64,000 nucleotides of DNA. Origin: Bdellovibrio sp. GTDB lineage: Bacteria; Bdellovibrionota; Bdellovibrionia; Bdellovibrionales; Bdellovibrionaceae. Made by a program: the position numbers and the translations under genes. The DNA lies in the NCBI GenBank assembly GCA_036676395.1, contig JAKFCY010000002.1, positions 2,400,001-2,464,000 of the forward strand. Reading direction: 5' to 3'. This document shows positions 50,704 through 61,003 of the stretch, piece after piece (the stretch's first letter is position 1; each line of letters begins with the position of its first letter). Under the pieces are notes generated by a model. That model did no database searches and had not been told where the DNA came from. It was given only the letters and a program-made list of their open reading frames with translations.

Positions 50704-51711
50704 CTATTTAGGCAGAGTTTCCATCTTATCAGCTACAGAGTTGTAAACTTGGTTCAAATTTGTCCAAGTTGCATTGATTTGTGGCTGAACTTCTAAAGCT
50801 TTATAAAGCAAAGCTAAGCCAGACAACTCATTACCGTTGCCATGAATTAGAACGATAGAGCCATTCTTGATCTTCTGACCTTTACCAAGCCAGGCGTTTG
50901 CCCCCAATGGAATTAAACCCCAAGATTTCAATTGGCTGATTAACAGATCACTTGAGATTAACCCGGGAAAACGAAAAAATATCGACGGCACTAAACCTTG
51001 CGATAACATCACCATTTCGTTTCCTAAAACCTCGCGCTGAAAATCAACGCCTGGGGATAACAAAAAGTTTTCTTCAATAGGTTTTGTTTTATCATAAGGA
51101 TGAGTTAATGAATGATTTGCCCAAGTGATATTAATTTTTTTCTCGTCTTGTAGTTTTAATAAATAAACAAATTCATCGTGATGATTTTTAATCCACAAAC
51201 CAGAAACCGCTAAGGTAACCGGAATATTCGTCATGTAACCACTTTGAATACGCTCAAAGATTTCAGTTTGTAGTTTTTTACTTGAAGGGCAAAGATCGAT
51301 TGTTAAATAAGTCTCATTGGGCCCTGGATCTTTAGCTTTTTGAATTCCCGCACCGGCAGTTGGTGAAGGTACGCGCGTAGAATCAGTTAAGATCGATGCG
51401 TATTTCGACTGAGAATTTATATCAAAATTGCCACAGCTGCTTAAACATTTTTCTGGAATGATGGCCGTTTGTAAGGTTTTACTGCTGACAATTAAGTTAT
51501 ACACTTCGCCGCGTAATTTGAAACGACGAAGACTGACTACATTTGATTGATTTAATTGGCACGAATGCATCGTCAGTTGATACGATTTTTTATCGATACC
51601 TGCGCTATCCACGGCAAAGCGTTTTGTAACTGGCGTACAGTCGAAAGCCTGCGCGATTGTGGATGCTAAAAATGTTGCAATAAGTAAGGCTATTTTCACT
51701 CTGAATATCAA
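50704..51711 (-). CDS. secreted polysaccharide deacetylase family protein
   Basis: YLTIDLCPS, WANHSLTHP, FFRFPG, IVLIHGNG; likely start GTG 51699. Confidence 0.8.
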   Translation of the reverse strand: MIFRVKIALLIATFLASTIAQAFDCTPVTKRFAVDSAGIDKKSYQLTMHSCQLNQSNVVSLRRFKLRGEVYNLIVSSKTLQTAIIPEKCLSSCGNFDINSQSKYASILTDSTRVPSPTAGAGIQKAKDPGPNETYLTIDLCPSSKKLQTEIFERIQSGYMTNIPVTLAVSGLWIKNHHDEFVYLLKLQDEKKINITWANHSLTHPYDKTKPIEENFLLSPGVDFQREVLGNEMVMLSQGLVPSIFFRFPGLISSDLLISQLKSWGLIPLGANAWLGKGQKIKNGSIVLIHGNGNELSGLALLYKALEVQPQINATWTNLNQVYNSVADKMETLPK

Positions 51712-51728
51712 AGCAAAGACGTATCCAG
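51712..51728 (-). promoter_or_regulatory. sigma54-like promoter
   Basis: CTGGATACGTCTTTGCT, GG-N10-GC. Confidence 0.55.
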
Positions 51729-51805
51729 CTTGAACTGCATTTTAACGTGTTTTTAACGTTAAAACTGTCTAAATGTTTTATATTGAGACGGTTTAAGCCG
51801 GCTGG

Positions 51806-52945
51806 CTACCCGGCTTTTTTGATTTTCTGAAATTTGGCTAACGGAAAATTGATCTTGTTATCAATGATTTCCTGATAGAACGATGGCACGTTACCCGTGG
51901 GCTCAATGCCACCAATAAGCTTACCGTCTGTTGCTCTTTGTAGATTTTGAATTTCATAAATTGGTACAACGATATATTTATTATCTTCGTCAAGACCACG
52001 AACTTCAGAAATGGCTCCGATTTTACGTGATCCATCCGAGTAACGTGAAATTTGCACGATAATTTCAATTGCCGATGCGACTTGCGAAGTGAGCGCTTTT
52101 TCTGAAAGTTTCGCATCACCGCTGGCAGCTAACGCTTCTAAACGAATGATTGCATCTTCAGGAGAATTCGCATGCACTGTGCCCATTGAACCTTTGTGAC
52201 CCGTGTTCATGGCATTGATTAATTCCATAGCTTCACTTGAACGAACTTCTCCGACGATAATGCGGTCCGGACGTAAACGTAGAGCTGATTTTAATAAATC
52301 TTTAATTGTAACTTCACCTTTACCACCAAGATCGGCTTGGCGAGTTTCAAAACGTATAACGTGTGAATATTCGACTTGTAACTCTGATGAATCTTCGATG
52401 ATTAATACACGTTGGCCTTCAGGAATGCGCGAGCACATTAATGATAACAACGTGGTTTTACCAGAACCGGTACCACCGCTGACGATAATGTTTTTACCTA
52501 AGAACATACATAAATCAATGAACTGCCACGCATCAGGCGAGATCGTTCCGTATTTGATATAATCATTAGGTGTAATTTTGCTGGCGGTAAACTTACGAAT
52601 ACTGATAACCGTTCCCTGACGGGAAATCGGCGGCAATACCGCAGCGATACGCGCACCACTGGCAGCGTAGCCTTCAATTAAAGGTAAACGCGCATCTAAA
52701 CGCGGCTCTTCTTTGTTGATTCGACGTCCAACAGATTGAGCGATCGTGTTGATTGCGGCTTGTAAATTATCTTCGTCTGGAAATTTTGCGCCGGTTAGTT
52801 CTAATTTACCTTTACGCTCGACGAATATCTGATCAGGACCATTGATCAAAACCTCAGAAACTCCTGGGTCATTTAAAAAGTCGTCAACGGGCCCTAATGC
52901 CCGTTTGATAACTTCTTTAAAATTTGATTGTCCGTCAGAAGCCAT
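51806..52945 (-). CDS. tadA: CpaF/TadA pilus assembly ATPase (orphan)
   Basis: GGTGSGKTT, LRLRPDRIIVGEVR, MNTGHKGSMGTVHAN. Confidence 0.92.
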   Translation of the reverse strand: MASDGQSNFKEVIKRALGPVDDFLNDPGVSEVLINGPDQIFVERKGKLELTGAKFPDEDNLQAAINTIAQSVGRRINKEEPRLDARLPLIEGYAASGARIAAVLPPISRQGTVISIRKFTASKITPNDYIKYGTISPDAWQFIDLCMFLGKNIIVSGGTGSGKTTLLSLMCSRIPEGQRVLIIEDSSELQVEYSHVIRFETRQADLGGKGEVTIKDLLKSALRLRPDRIIVGEVRSSEAMELINAMNTGHKGSMGTVHANSPEDAIIRLEALAASGDAKLSEKALTSQVASAIEIIVQISRYSDGSRKIGAISEVRGLDEDNKYIVVPIYEIQNLQRATDGKLIGGIEPTGNVPSFYQEIIDNKINFPLAKFQKIKKAG

Positions 52946-52957
52946 TTTCGTTAATCC

Positions 52958-53629
52958 TTATTTTAAAGACTCTTCAATTTCAGAACTAAATAAACTGTGA
53001 TCAGTAGGGAGGGTCGATGCTTTAACTTTGTTTTCTAATTCCTCTTGAGATTTTTGCGCAAGAGATTTTTCAGAAGCTATTTTACGAACTGTATCTGGTG
53101 TAATCACCACTTTACCAAGAAAGCCTGTCTCTGGGCTTTGGAAAGAGTAAACACCTTCGATTTTTGGTTGAATCGTAAATGTTTTTATTAAACCGTAAAC
53201 CGTATTATGAGTTTGTGAAAAGGCATCCATCACAAAGCTTACGTTTTTTTCTTTTAAATTTAAATTCACCACGTGAACTTTATAAACATCACCTTTTTTT
53301 AAGTGAATCATCTCAGGAACAAAGCCTTTTTCAGTTTGCAAGATCACGATCTCTTGCGAAGGCTCAACCGGATTTACAACTTTTTTCAACGCTTCTAAGA
53401 TATCAGCATCGTTTTTGCCAGAAGATGCGGATGTTGTGTCCATATTCGTTGTCGCAGGCATTCTTTGATTTTCAATACGGGTAAAATCAGTTTGGCGGCG
53501 AGATAAATCGATATTCCATTCTGCGTGAACTTTCACTTGCACGAAAAAGAATAATGAAAACAAAAATGCTTTCATAAATGTAAATGTATTAGTGTAGTTC
53601 TTTACGGTCTTGAAATTCACTGAACTCAC
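52958..53629 (-). CDS. secreted cupredoxin-like domain protein
   Basis: GFVPEMIHLKKGD..EGVYSFQSPE; Cu ligands not evident. Confidence 0.65.
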   Translation of the reverse strand: MSSVNFKTVKNYTNTFTFMKAFLFSLFFFVQVKVHAEWNIDLSRRQTDFTRIENQRMPATTNMDTTSASSGKNDADILEALKKVVNPVEPSQEIVILQTEKGFVPEMIHLKKGDVYKVHVVNLNLKEKNVSFVMDAFSQTHNTVYGLIKTFTIQPKIEGVYSFQSPETGFLGKVVITPDTVRKIASEKSLAQKSQEELENKVKASTLPTDHSLFSSEIEESLK

Positions 53630-53867
53630 GAGCCACCTCCAACGCTACAAATGATACGGCTTTTTGATCCATACCTAATAAAGTTTCGATAATTTTTTTA
53701 CGATCACCAGAACAAGAGTTAATCGAGTGGCAAATTGTGTGGACTACTCTGGGATTAGAGTTCATTTCGCAGTTCAATTTTTCCCAGTCCGCTTGCAAAA
53801 CAGGATCGATTGCGCCAATTGTGTAAAGTGCATCAAATACTGCTTGTAAATCGCCTTGAATAAACAT
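53589..53867 (-). CDS. small hypothetical protein
   Basis: Strong SD AGGAGG; first gene after the sigma28 promoter. Confidence 0.75.
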   Translation of the reverse strand: MFIQGDLQAVFDALYTIGAIDPVLQADWEKLNCEMNSNPRVVHTICHSINSCSGDRKKIIETLLGMDQKAVSFVALEVAREFSEFQDRKELH

Positions 53868-53919
53868 GATGTAACCTCCTGGTAGTCTTCGTGTGCATCT
53901 TCTGTGATGTACATGAAAC

Positions 53920-53946
53920 TTATCGGAGGTTTGCGGAGGAACTTGA
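53920..53946 (-). promoter_or_regulatory. sigma28 (FliA) promoter
   Basis: TCAAG-N14-TCCGATAA. Confidence 0.75.
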
Positions 53947-53995
53947 GTCAGGATGAGACAGTTTGGAGATTTCTAGACTGAAGACCAATTCCTCA

Positions 53996-54034
53996 CTCGT
54001 GTTTTGGGCTTACACTGTAAACCCAAAACACGAG
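53996..54034. repeat. long palindrome/hairpin
   Basis: CTCGTGTTTTGGG...CCCAAAACACGAG, 13-bp perfect arms. Confidence 0.8.
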
Positions 54035-54035
54035 C

Positions 54036-54061
54036 AATAAAAAAGGCGCCTTGCAGCGCCT
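54036..54061 (-). terminator. intrinsic terminator
   Basis: AGGCGC-TGCAAG-GCGCCT followed by a T-tract on the minus strand. Confidence 0.7.
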
Positions 54062-54090
54062 ACTTTATTTAAATTACCAAAACTAAGAAT

Positions 54091-54750
54091 TTATTTCTTT
54101 TTCTTAGCGTCTTCTTTTAATTCTTCTAATTTTTTATTTTTTATCTCTACTAGCTTTTGAGCCAGTTGCGATGGCGTTAAACCAGATTTCATCTGATTTA
54201 ATTTCTTTTCTTGTTCGGCTGGTTTCGAAAAGCGTAAATCCGAAGCCGCAATGCGTTCGATAACTGTGGTTTCAAAACCTCCACCTTGGTATTGTTTTAC
54301 GAAGGCCGGCTTAAACTCAGAAAGAACGTTTTCTAAAACTACCGAGGCTGTTACTTGATCAGTGGCTTGGGCGTTACTGTCTTTGATCGTTTGTACAGAT
54401 TGGCCAACCATTTGTTCAACGGTGCCTTCCCATTCATCAGCATCTTCTAAAGGACTGCGTACAATAGACAGAATCTTATCTAAGATGACTTCTTCGTTTG
54501 GGCGGGCAAAAGCGATCATTGTGCCTTCACGAAGAGCTTGTAGACGATTATTGCGTTTATAATCGTTGGCTTTTTCATAAAGTAGGTCGGTCATTTGATC
54601 GAGATCTAAAATTTTTAAGGTTTTGTAAGTTTGCTCGATTTGGATTGTCTCAACCATGGCAAAAGATGAACCTGAAGAACTTGTTGGTTTACCCGAGCAA
54701 GCTGTAAATCCAAAAGCCAGAACCGCGGCGATGATGATATTTTTGTACAT
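54091..54750 (-). CDS. hypothetical lipoprotein
   Basis: Lipobox FTAC. Confidence 0.8.
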   Translation of the reverse strand: MYKNIIIAAVLAFGFTACSGKPTSSSGSSFAMVETIQIEQTYKTLKILDLDQMTDLLYEKANDYKRNNRLQALREGTMIAFARPNEEVILDKILSIVRSPLEDADEWEGTVEQMVGQSVQTIKDSNAQATDQVTASVVLENVLSEFKPAFVKQYQGGGFETTVIERIAASDLRFSKPAEQEKKLNQMKSGLTPSQLAQKLVEIKNKKLEELKEDAKKKK

Positions 54751-54867
54751 AAATAAACTTCCCTTTGACTCAATATACCGAAAAATAAAAAAAAAGAGTA
54801 CAGCTCACACCGTCAAGGGCCAGACCTTAGTCGTAGTTGCTTTTTAAGGGCGCTATGTCACACTGTT

Positions 54868-55686
54868 TTGGCTAACAAAACCAAGGAGAACCTCTTGAAA
54901 ACTATTATGTCAATGAAACTAGCTTTAGCAGCTTCGGTAGTATTAGCTATCACTGCATGCGCCCCTTCAGCTAAACAATTAAAAGAAGCTGTAGAAAAAG
55001 ACCCATCAATCGTGTTCAGCGCGATCGAAAAACATCCAGATAAATTCATCGAAGTTGTGATGAAAGCTCAGCAAGAAGCTCAAAAAGTTGCTGGCGACAG
55101 AGCACAAGAAGAAGAAAAAAAACAACGCGATGAAGAATACGCTAATCCGTTAAAACCAGAAATCGATGAAACACGCGTAATTTTCGGAAACAAATCCGCT
55201 CCGATCACTATTGTTGAGTTTTCTGATTTTCAATGTCCATATTGCACACGTGGTTACCAAACTGTTCAGCAAGTTCGTAAAGAATACGGCGATAAAGTAA
55301 GAGTTGTTTTCAAACACTTACCACTTGATTTCCATCCTTTAGCGATGCCAGCTGCAAAATATTTCGAAGCCATTGCTCAGCAAAGCCCAGAAAAAGCTGA
55401 AAAATTTCATGACATGGTTTTCGAAAACCAAGGCATGTTAAAAGATAAAGGCGAAGCTTGGTTCAAAGAACTAACTAAAAAAGTTGGCGCTGATCTTAAA
55501 AAAGTTGAAGTAGCCCTTAAAGACGAAAAAATTCAAAAACGTATTGATGCTGACATGGAAGAAGCTAAAAAGTTTAATATGAGCGGTACTCCAGGATTCA
55601 TTATTAACGGTGTTTCTTTACGTGGCGCTTACCCGTTTCCGGCATTCAAAGAAATTATCGACAAACATTTAGCTTCTGCTAAATAG
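54868..55686 (+). CDS. dsbA: DsbA/Com1-like thioredoxin lipoprotein
   Basis: EFSDFQCPYC, GTP; lipobox ITAC; true start probably 54895-54913. Confidence 0.9.
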   Translation: MANKTKENLLKTIMSMKLALAASVVLAITACAPSAKQLKEAVEKDPSIVFSAIEKHPDKFIEVVMKAQQEAQKVAGDRAQEEEKKQRDEEYANPLKPEIDETRVIFGNKSAPITIVEFSDFQCPYCTRGYQTVQQVRKEYGDKVRVVFKHLPLDFHPLAMPAAKYFEAIAQQSPEKAEKFHDMVFENQGMLKDKGEAWFKELTKKVGADLKKVEVALKDEKIQKRIDADMEEAKKFNMSGTPGFIINGVSLRGAYPFPAFKEIIDKHLASAK

Positions 55687-55720
55687 TTTTTAGATACATA
55701 TCTGAAACAACATTTCGTTG

Positions 55721-55753
55721 AAAAAAAAGCTGGTTTAATACCAGCTTTTTTTT
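55721..55753. terminator. bidirectional intrinsic terminator
   Basis: A8-GCTGGT-TTAAT-ACCAGC-T8 between convergent genes. Confidence 0.9.
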
Positions 55754-55784
55754 GCGCGCTGCGACCAGAAACAGGGCCTGGCAC

Positions 55785-57530
55785 CTAAAGGACTTTGTAT
55801 AATGTTAGCGGTAAGGTCTTACCTTTAACTTCGATGTCGCCAGCTAAATCAAATTTAAATAAATTATCCAGTTCTGGTTTAGATAAACGCGCAAACACTT
55901 CATCACTCACTAATAAATCGACTTCAAAATGTTTCGTCGATGACTCAATTCGCGCAGTCACATTCACCGTATCACCGATCACTGTAAACTCCATACGCTC
56001 TTCTGAACCGATGGTTCCAGAAATCGCGGTTCCTGCATGTAAGCCCATACCGATGTGAATTTCGGTTAAATTGCGCTGACGGCGTGATTCATTTAAAGTA
56101 ACTAAAGCTGAACGCATTTCTAAGCAGGCTTTTAATCCATTTAAAGTATCATGATCAGTACCTGCAGGCACACCCCACACGGCCATAATCGCATCACCGA
56201 TAAATTTATCGACGACACCGCCATGACGACCAATAATACCCACCATCACTTCAAAGTATTCATTTAACATCGATACGACTTCTTCTGGGGTATGGCCTTC
56301 AGAAAACTTGGTAAAGCCACGAATATCCGAGAAAAACACCGTCACTTCTTTGCGCGTGCCGCCGACGCTGACTTCCTGTTGTAATAGGTTTTCAGTCACA
56401 GATGACCCGTGAAACTTATTAAATAAGTTCTTCACTTTATCACGCTCTTTTAAACCTTCGGTCATGTGATCAAAGGCTTCTGCTAAATCGCCTACTTCAT
56501 CGTGTGAAGTTACTTGTTTACGGGCTGAAATATTAAAGTTTCCTTTAGGAATTTCTTTGATCAATTCAGCCAAAACTTCGATGGGTTTACTTAATGTTAA
56601 CGAGAACAAGAAGACCGCAAACAAGGCGACACTCATCACGATACCTGAAATCAGGATCGCTTTACGTTGCACCGCTTGCGCGGGCTCATTCACAATAGAA
56701 AGTGGAGTTTGCGCTAATAAAACCGTACCCCAAAAACTACTTTTTACGAAAGCTCCGATGTAAGCGTTGCCCTTGGCATTTTTAAACGTTAATTGTTTTG
56801 AATTTGTTGTATCGGCTAAGGCTTTTTCAACAAAGGCATCACCTTTAACATTTTTTGCCTGACGTAATAATTCTTCATTTTGATGCGCTAATAAAAATCC
56901 ATTACGATCAATCAAAAAGAATTCACGTTCACTGTCATTTGAAAATAAACTTTGAATCATTTCAGAGTTATAAGCCGCAATTACAAAGGTATTTACCTGA
57001 TTTTGCGCATCACGCCCGAATGGAAAACCAATTGAAATCACACGAATGCTTGGATTAACTTCAGCAAATTGCAATTCAATATTTTTTTGCATCACCGACG
57101 TAACCGGAAATGGTTTTTTTTGACGAACTTGATCAATAAATTCTGGCGTCAGTTTATTTTTTATTAAGAAGTCCTCCTGTACTTTTTTAACATAGAGTTG
57201 CGGTTTACCATCTACGACTTGCCAAATTTCAATACCCACTAAACTTTTATCTTTAGCTAATTTGTAATTACCAAGGCCTTCAAAAGATTCTTTTAATAAA
57301 ATTTGAGCTAAATTTTTGGCTTTATCTAAAGAGCCATCTAATAATGTGTCTACCTGTTTTGCACGTAAAGATGCTTCGGTAAAATTCGAGAACTCTTCAC
57401 GCTGGGTCATAACTTTTTTAAAGAAGTCAGAACTTTGTTTGGTTACCAGCACCATCGAAGTTAAAATGATAAAGGTCGTAATTCCAATAATTTTAGCCGA
57501 GATCGGAATTCTCATACTTTTCATTTTCAT
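55785..57530 (-). CDS. membrane class III adenylate cyclase (Cache-like, HAMP, cyclase)
   Basis: FSDIRGFT, DKFIGDA, FTVIGDTVNVTAR; HAMP DEVGDLAEAFDHM; two TMs. Confidence 0.93.
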   Translation of the reverse strand: MKMKSMRIPISAKIIGITTFIILTSMVLVTKQSSDFFKKVMTQREEFSNFTEASLRAKQVDTLLDGSLDKAKNLAQILLKESFEGLGNYKLAKDKSLVGIEIWQVVDGKPQLYVKKVQEDFLIKNKLTPEFIDQVRQKKPFPVTSVMQKNIELQFAEVNPSIRVISIGFPFGRDAQNQVNTFVIAAYNSEMIQSLFSNDSEREFFLIDRNGFLLAHQNEELLRQAKNVKGDAFVEKALADTTNSKQLTFKNAKGNAYIGAFVKSSFWGTVLLAQTPLSIVNEPAQAVQRKAILISGIVMSVALFAVFLFSLTLSKPIEVLAELIKEIPKGNFNISARKQVTSHDEVGDLAEAFDHMTEGLKERDKVKNLFNKFHGSSVTENLLQQEVSVGGTRKEVTVFFSDIRGFTKFSEGHTPEEVVSMLNEYFEVMVGIIGRHGGVVDKFIGDAIMAVWGVPAGTDHDTLNGLKACLEMRSALVTLNESRRQRNLTEIHIGMGLHAGTAISGTIGSEERMEFTVIGDTVNVTARIESSTKHFEVDLLVSDEVFARLSKPELDNLFKFDLAGDIEVKGKTLPLTLYKVL

Positions 57531-59149
57531 AGCTGGTACTCCAAGAAGATATTTAAGTAATGACCTTTAATAGTAGATGAATTTTTTTCTGCTGCAGGAG
57601 TTGGAAACGTTGCTGTTGGAGCCGTTTTATACTCCATCTTATCAGTACGAAAAGCGTACCCGCCTAGGGTCGTTAAATTTTTGCTCCAGCGGTAACTTAA
57701 TAAAAAGCCAGCCTGAAGCGATGTGCTCGGTATAAAAGCCTGGCCATTCGTTGTTTTTTGCCCGGCGATCAGTGGAAAAAGATGAGCATTGCCCTGTATA
57801 CCTAATTTCGGTGTCATCGCATGCCAATATTCAATACCGTAGCGAAATCCCAGCGCTGCTAATGCTGAAGTGTTTTTCACTGTGCCAGCAAAGTTAGTTG
57901 TTAAGTCAGGTAATTCTTTATAAACGATACCGGCAGTCTGACGAAATTCGCCAGCATCATTTGGTTTCATCTTAAAGAAAGAATTAAGTTCGAACATGTT
58001 GTATTTTACATCACCAAAGCCTGCGACTGATAAAGTACTGGTTTCTGCGGCGACGTAATAACCCCACGGATTTTTCTTTGTGACATAGCCAAAACCTGCG
58101 CGCAGGGATCCGCCGATCGCTTTATACACCACTTGGGTTCCGGTTAAATCATAATTTAAATTTGTATATTCAACCGAGTTAATTAAATAACTGGCCATGC
58201 CAAACCAGCCTGATAAACGCTCGATCGATTCGCGTAAGCGTGCTAATTCTTCGGCTTTTTCTGTACGATCGCCCTCTTTGGCCGTAAAACGTATTGAAAC
58301 CGACTCAGAAGCTGGTCGGTAGTTAGCAATAGCTTTAACTGTTAAGCGGTATATGCCGCCAGGCCATTCCTTTTTAAATGGCATCGCTTCACCACGTAAT
58401 TCTTTATTTTCATCAAAGACGTTGTACCTCTGCGATTTGACATCCATTTTTTCTAAGACATAACTGTACGCTTGGGCAAATTCTGGTTTAGACCATTTCA
58501 CTTCACGCACGAACAAACTTTCTGGTTGAGTCAGTTTTGGTGCAGCTAGTTTTTTACCACTCACAATGAATTCAGAAACACTGTCTTTTTCCGGATTACT
58601 TGTTAACACTTCATTCGCCGCACGGATTGTCGCCATGAACTTAGTAGCCACAGGCAATTCCATAGTCGTTTTTTCGTCATTGTTGATTTCAACTTGTTTT
58701 CTAAATGTTGAATCCAAACCCTGAACATCTAATGAATATTTTTTTCCGGCGAAAACTTTTTTCCATTTAAAGGCCACATTCTGATTGTCATTATTGCTTG
58801 AAGCAATGATTGTTCCACTGGTTGGATTAACAAAATCAGGAGAATCTAAAAAGACTTTAAATTCCTGGTACTCTGACCATTCACCCGGAACACTTCGTTT
58901 ATCACGTGCACGTACGCGCATTTTAAAAAAACCAGGCGATAAACGACCCGCCCAGATAGGTTCTTTGATTTGAAATTTAAATGTGTTTTTAGATGATTTA
59001 ACTTCTAGATCGTAACTTTTGGCATTTTCGACGCCTTCCCACTCAAGTTCAACGTTACTTTCAGCAGAGACCACAAATTTTGGATATAGCACGGCCGCAA
59101 AGAAAAAAAACAGAGCTATAATCAAGTTGCGGTGTGTTTGTGTTGTCAT
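57527..59149 (-). CDS. secreted FN3-repeat protein with C-terminal outer-membrane beta-barrel
   Basis: LEWEGVENAKSY..MRVRA..GEWSE; C-terminal amphipathic strands ending LEYQL. Confidence 0.7.
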   Translation of the reverse strand: MTTQTHRNLIIALFFFFAAVLYPKFVVSAESNVELEWEGVENAKSYDLEVKSSKNTFKFQIKEPIWAGRLSPGFFKMRVRARDKRSVPGEWSEYQEFKVFLDSPDFVNPTSGTIIASSNNDNQNVAFKWKKVFAGKKYSLDVQGLDSTFRKQVEINNDEKTTMELPVATKFMATIRAANEVLTSNPEKDSVSEFIVSGKKLAAPKLTQPESLFVREVKWSKPEFAQAYSYVLEKMDVKSQRYNVFDENKELRGEAMPFKKEWPGGIYRLTVKAIANYRPASESVSIRFTAKEGDRTEKAEELARLRESIERLSGWFGMASYLINSVEYTNLNYDLTGTQVVYKAIGGSLRAGFGYVTKKNPWGYYVAAETSTLSVAGFGDVKYNMFELNSFFKMKPNDAGEFRQTAGIVYKELPDLTTNFAGTVKNTSALAALGFRYGIEYWHAMTPKLGIQGNAHLFPLIAGQKTTNGQAFIPSTSLQAGFLLSYRWSKNLTTLGGYAFRTDKMEYKTAPTATFPTPAAEKNSSTIKGHYLNIFLEYQL

Positions 59150-59162
59150 GTTGTTTAAATTT

Positions 59163-60950
59163 TTATTTCACTTTTAATTTTTTAATTTTAGGAGCCCCTA
59201 AGCTACTCATTGCCGGCACATCTATTTTACGTTGCGCCACTTCGCCGGTTCGTCCTAACATATCCACGCCGGCTAATTCGACCAGATACAAACCTGGCAT
59301 TAAATCTGTTAAACTTGCCGACTCAGCTTGTGCTGATTCGATTAATCTTCCGTAAACTTGTTGTCCTAATTCATCTAATAGACGAATTTTATACTTATAC
59401 GCGCCAGCCGCTAAATTCCATTTAATAGTTAGAGCGCCATCTTTAGAAGCTTGCAATACAGGCTCACCTATAATTACGGGTGGTTTAACCATATCTAATT
59501 CTTTAACAACAAAAAATCTTTTTTGTGAGTTCGCAACCACGTTTTCGCCCTGATCTACACCTTGAATACTTGCGATGTAGCGGCCTGGTTTAAAAACTTT
59601 TGTTTTCGTTTTTAAATCGCGGCTGCGCACTTCTTGTGCCGGCGCATAGGGATCATCACTGTTTTGTAATTTAATGCGAAATTCAGAAATCTTTTTACCT
59701 AATTCTGATTTCCAAGTCATTTCCAGTTCTGGCTGGTTGATATAGAACTGCTGTTCTGCATCTTCGCCCCACGAAATTAAGTTTATACCAATCGTTGAAG
59801 GATCAACCTTGCGATTTAAACTGATCGTGAATTTTTCGATCTTGCCAGAGATAGCCTTTGTCTCGCCTTCAAACATCGCTGACATACGCACATAATATTC
59901 GCCTGGCGATAATTCCTGCTCAAAACCGGCTTTTTTCGTTAATGCCTGATTAATGACTTTGTTTTTTAAAGAACTATCAGTTGCAACTTCGATTAGGTAT
60001 TTAGTTACAAATTCGCCTTCGGTCCAATCAAATAACATTTTGTATTTTGGATTTGCCGATTGATTCACGATCTGAATAAATTGGTTTGCCGTCGGACTTA
60101 CAAAAACCGGAAATTTACGTTCATTAATTTTTAAGCGTTGTAATTTTGATTCACCCACAACTAGGCCCGTTGCCGGATTGGTGAAATACAATTTATAAAA
60201 ATAGAAACCACTGGCTAAATTTAATTCAAATTGCAGGCCATTCGTTTCAAAGACTTTGTCTAATTTATTTCTTTCAGTACCAATCTCGATTCTAGTTTTA
60301 AATCCTGTCGGAACACCCGCCCAGATCATGTCTACTGTCGGTTTATTTGCATCAATTAGCGCTGATTTATCTTTTAAGGGCTGAACCATTTTGAATCCAG
60401 AAAGACGATTGTCATTCATCGTTGCAAAAAATGGATTACCACCAGCACCTGAGTCATCGCTTTGAATTTCTAAACCGCCTGTGCCTGATTTAGAAAGAGT
60501 TGCTGCCCCTTTTAATTCTACAGATTTACCATTTTGGATTAAGTTGAACTTACCCGCATCAGCTTTATCAGCGATAACCGAAGCTCCCCCTTCCATAAGA
60601 TCAAGAGAGAATTCTTTATTGGCACTTTGCAAAATCATAACGATTGATTCTGGTTCGATATCAATCGTGCGGCTGCCATCTAAGAATTGAATTTTGACTT
60701 CACTGCCTTTTGCAGTACGAATAGCTTCGCCTGAATAAACCGGCTCACCATTGACGATCGCTTGCCAAACTTGGCGTTTAGCAGGTCTGCGATCAACTTC
60801 TTCTTTGATTTGCTTTACTACGGCAATAGGTTGTTGATTTGTGATGTTTTTATTTTCTGGCTCAGAAAAATAATACCAGCCAACGACTAAGCCTAAGCTT
60901 ATCGCTGATATCATCCCTGCCATTAAAAACCGACGTACTTGTTCGTTCAC
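59163..60950 (-). CDS. membrane-anchored FecR-domain protein with FN3/Ig repeats
   Basis: GEAIRTAKGSEVKIQFLDGS..I.PES..LMEG FecR motif; N-terminal TM. Confidence 0.8.
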   Translation of the reverse strand: MNEQVRRFLMAGMISAISLGLVVGWYYFSEPENKNITNQQPIAVVKQIKEEVDRRPAKRQVWQAIVNGEPVYSGEAIRTAKGSEVKIQFLDGSRTIDIEPESIVMILQSANKEFSLDLMEGGASVIADKADAGKFNLIQNGKSVELKGAATLSKSGTGGLEIQSDDSGAGGNPFFATMNDNRLSGFKMVQPLKDKSALIDANKPTVDMIWAGVPTGFKTRIEIGTERNKLDKVFETNGLQFELNLASGFYFYKLYFTNPATGLVVGESKLQRLKINERKFPVFVSPTANQFIQIVNQSANPKYKMLFDWTEGEFVTKYLIEVATDSSLKNKVINQALTKKAGFEQELSPGEYYVRMSAMFEGETKAISGKIEKFTISLNRKVDPSTIGINLISWGEDAEQQFYINQPELEMTWKSELGKKISEFRIKLQNSDDPYAPAQEVRSRDLKTKTKVFKPGRYIASIQGVDQGENVVANSQKRFFVVKELDMVKPPVIIGEPVLQASKDGALTIKWNLAAGAYKYKIRLLDELGQQVYGRLIESAQAESASLTDLMPGLYLVELAGVDMLGRTGEVAQRKIDVPAMSSLGAPKIKKLKVK

Positions 60951-61003
60951 AAAATTCCTATTTATTTATTCCGTTAAATAAATTCACTAATTTTCTCAAT
61001 ATG

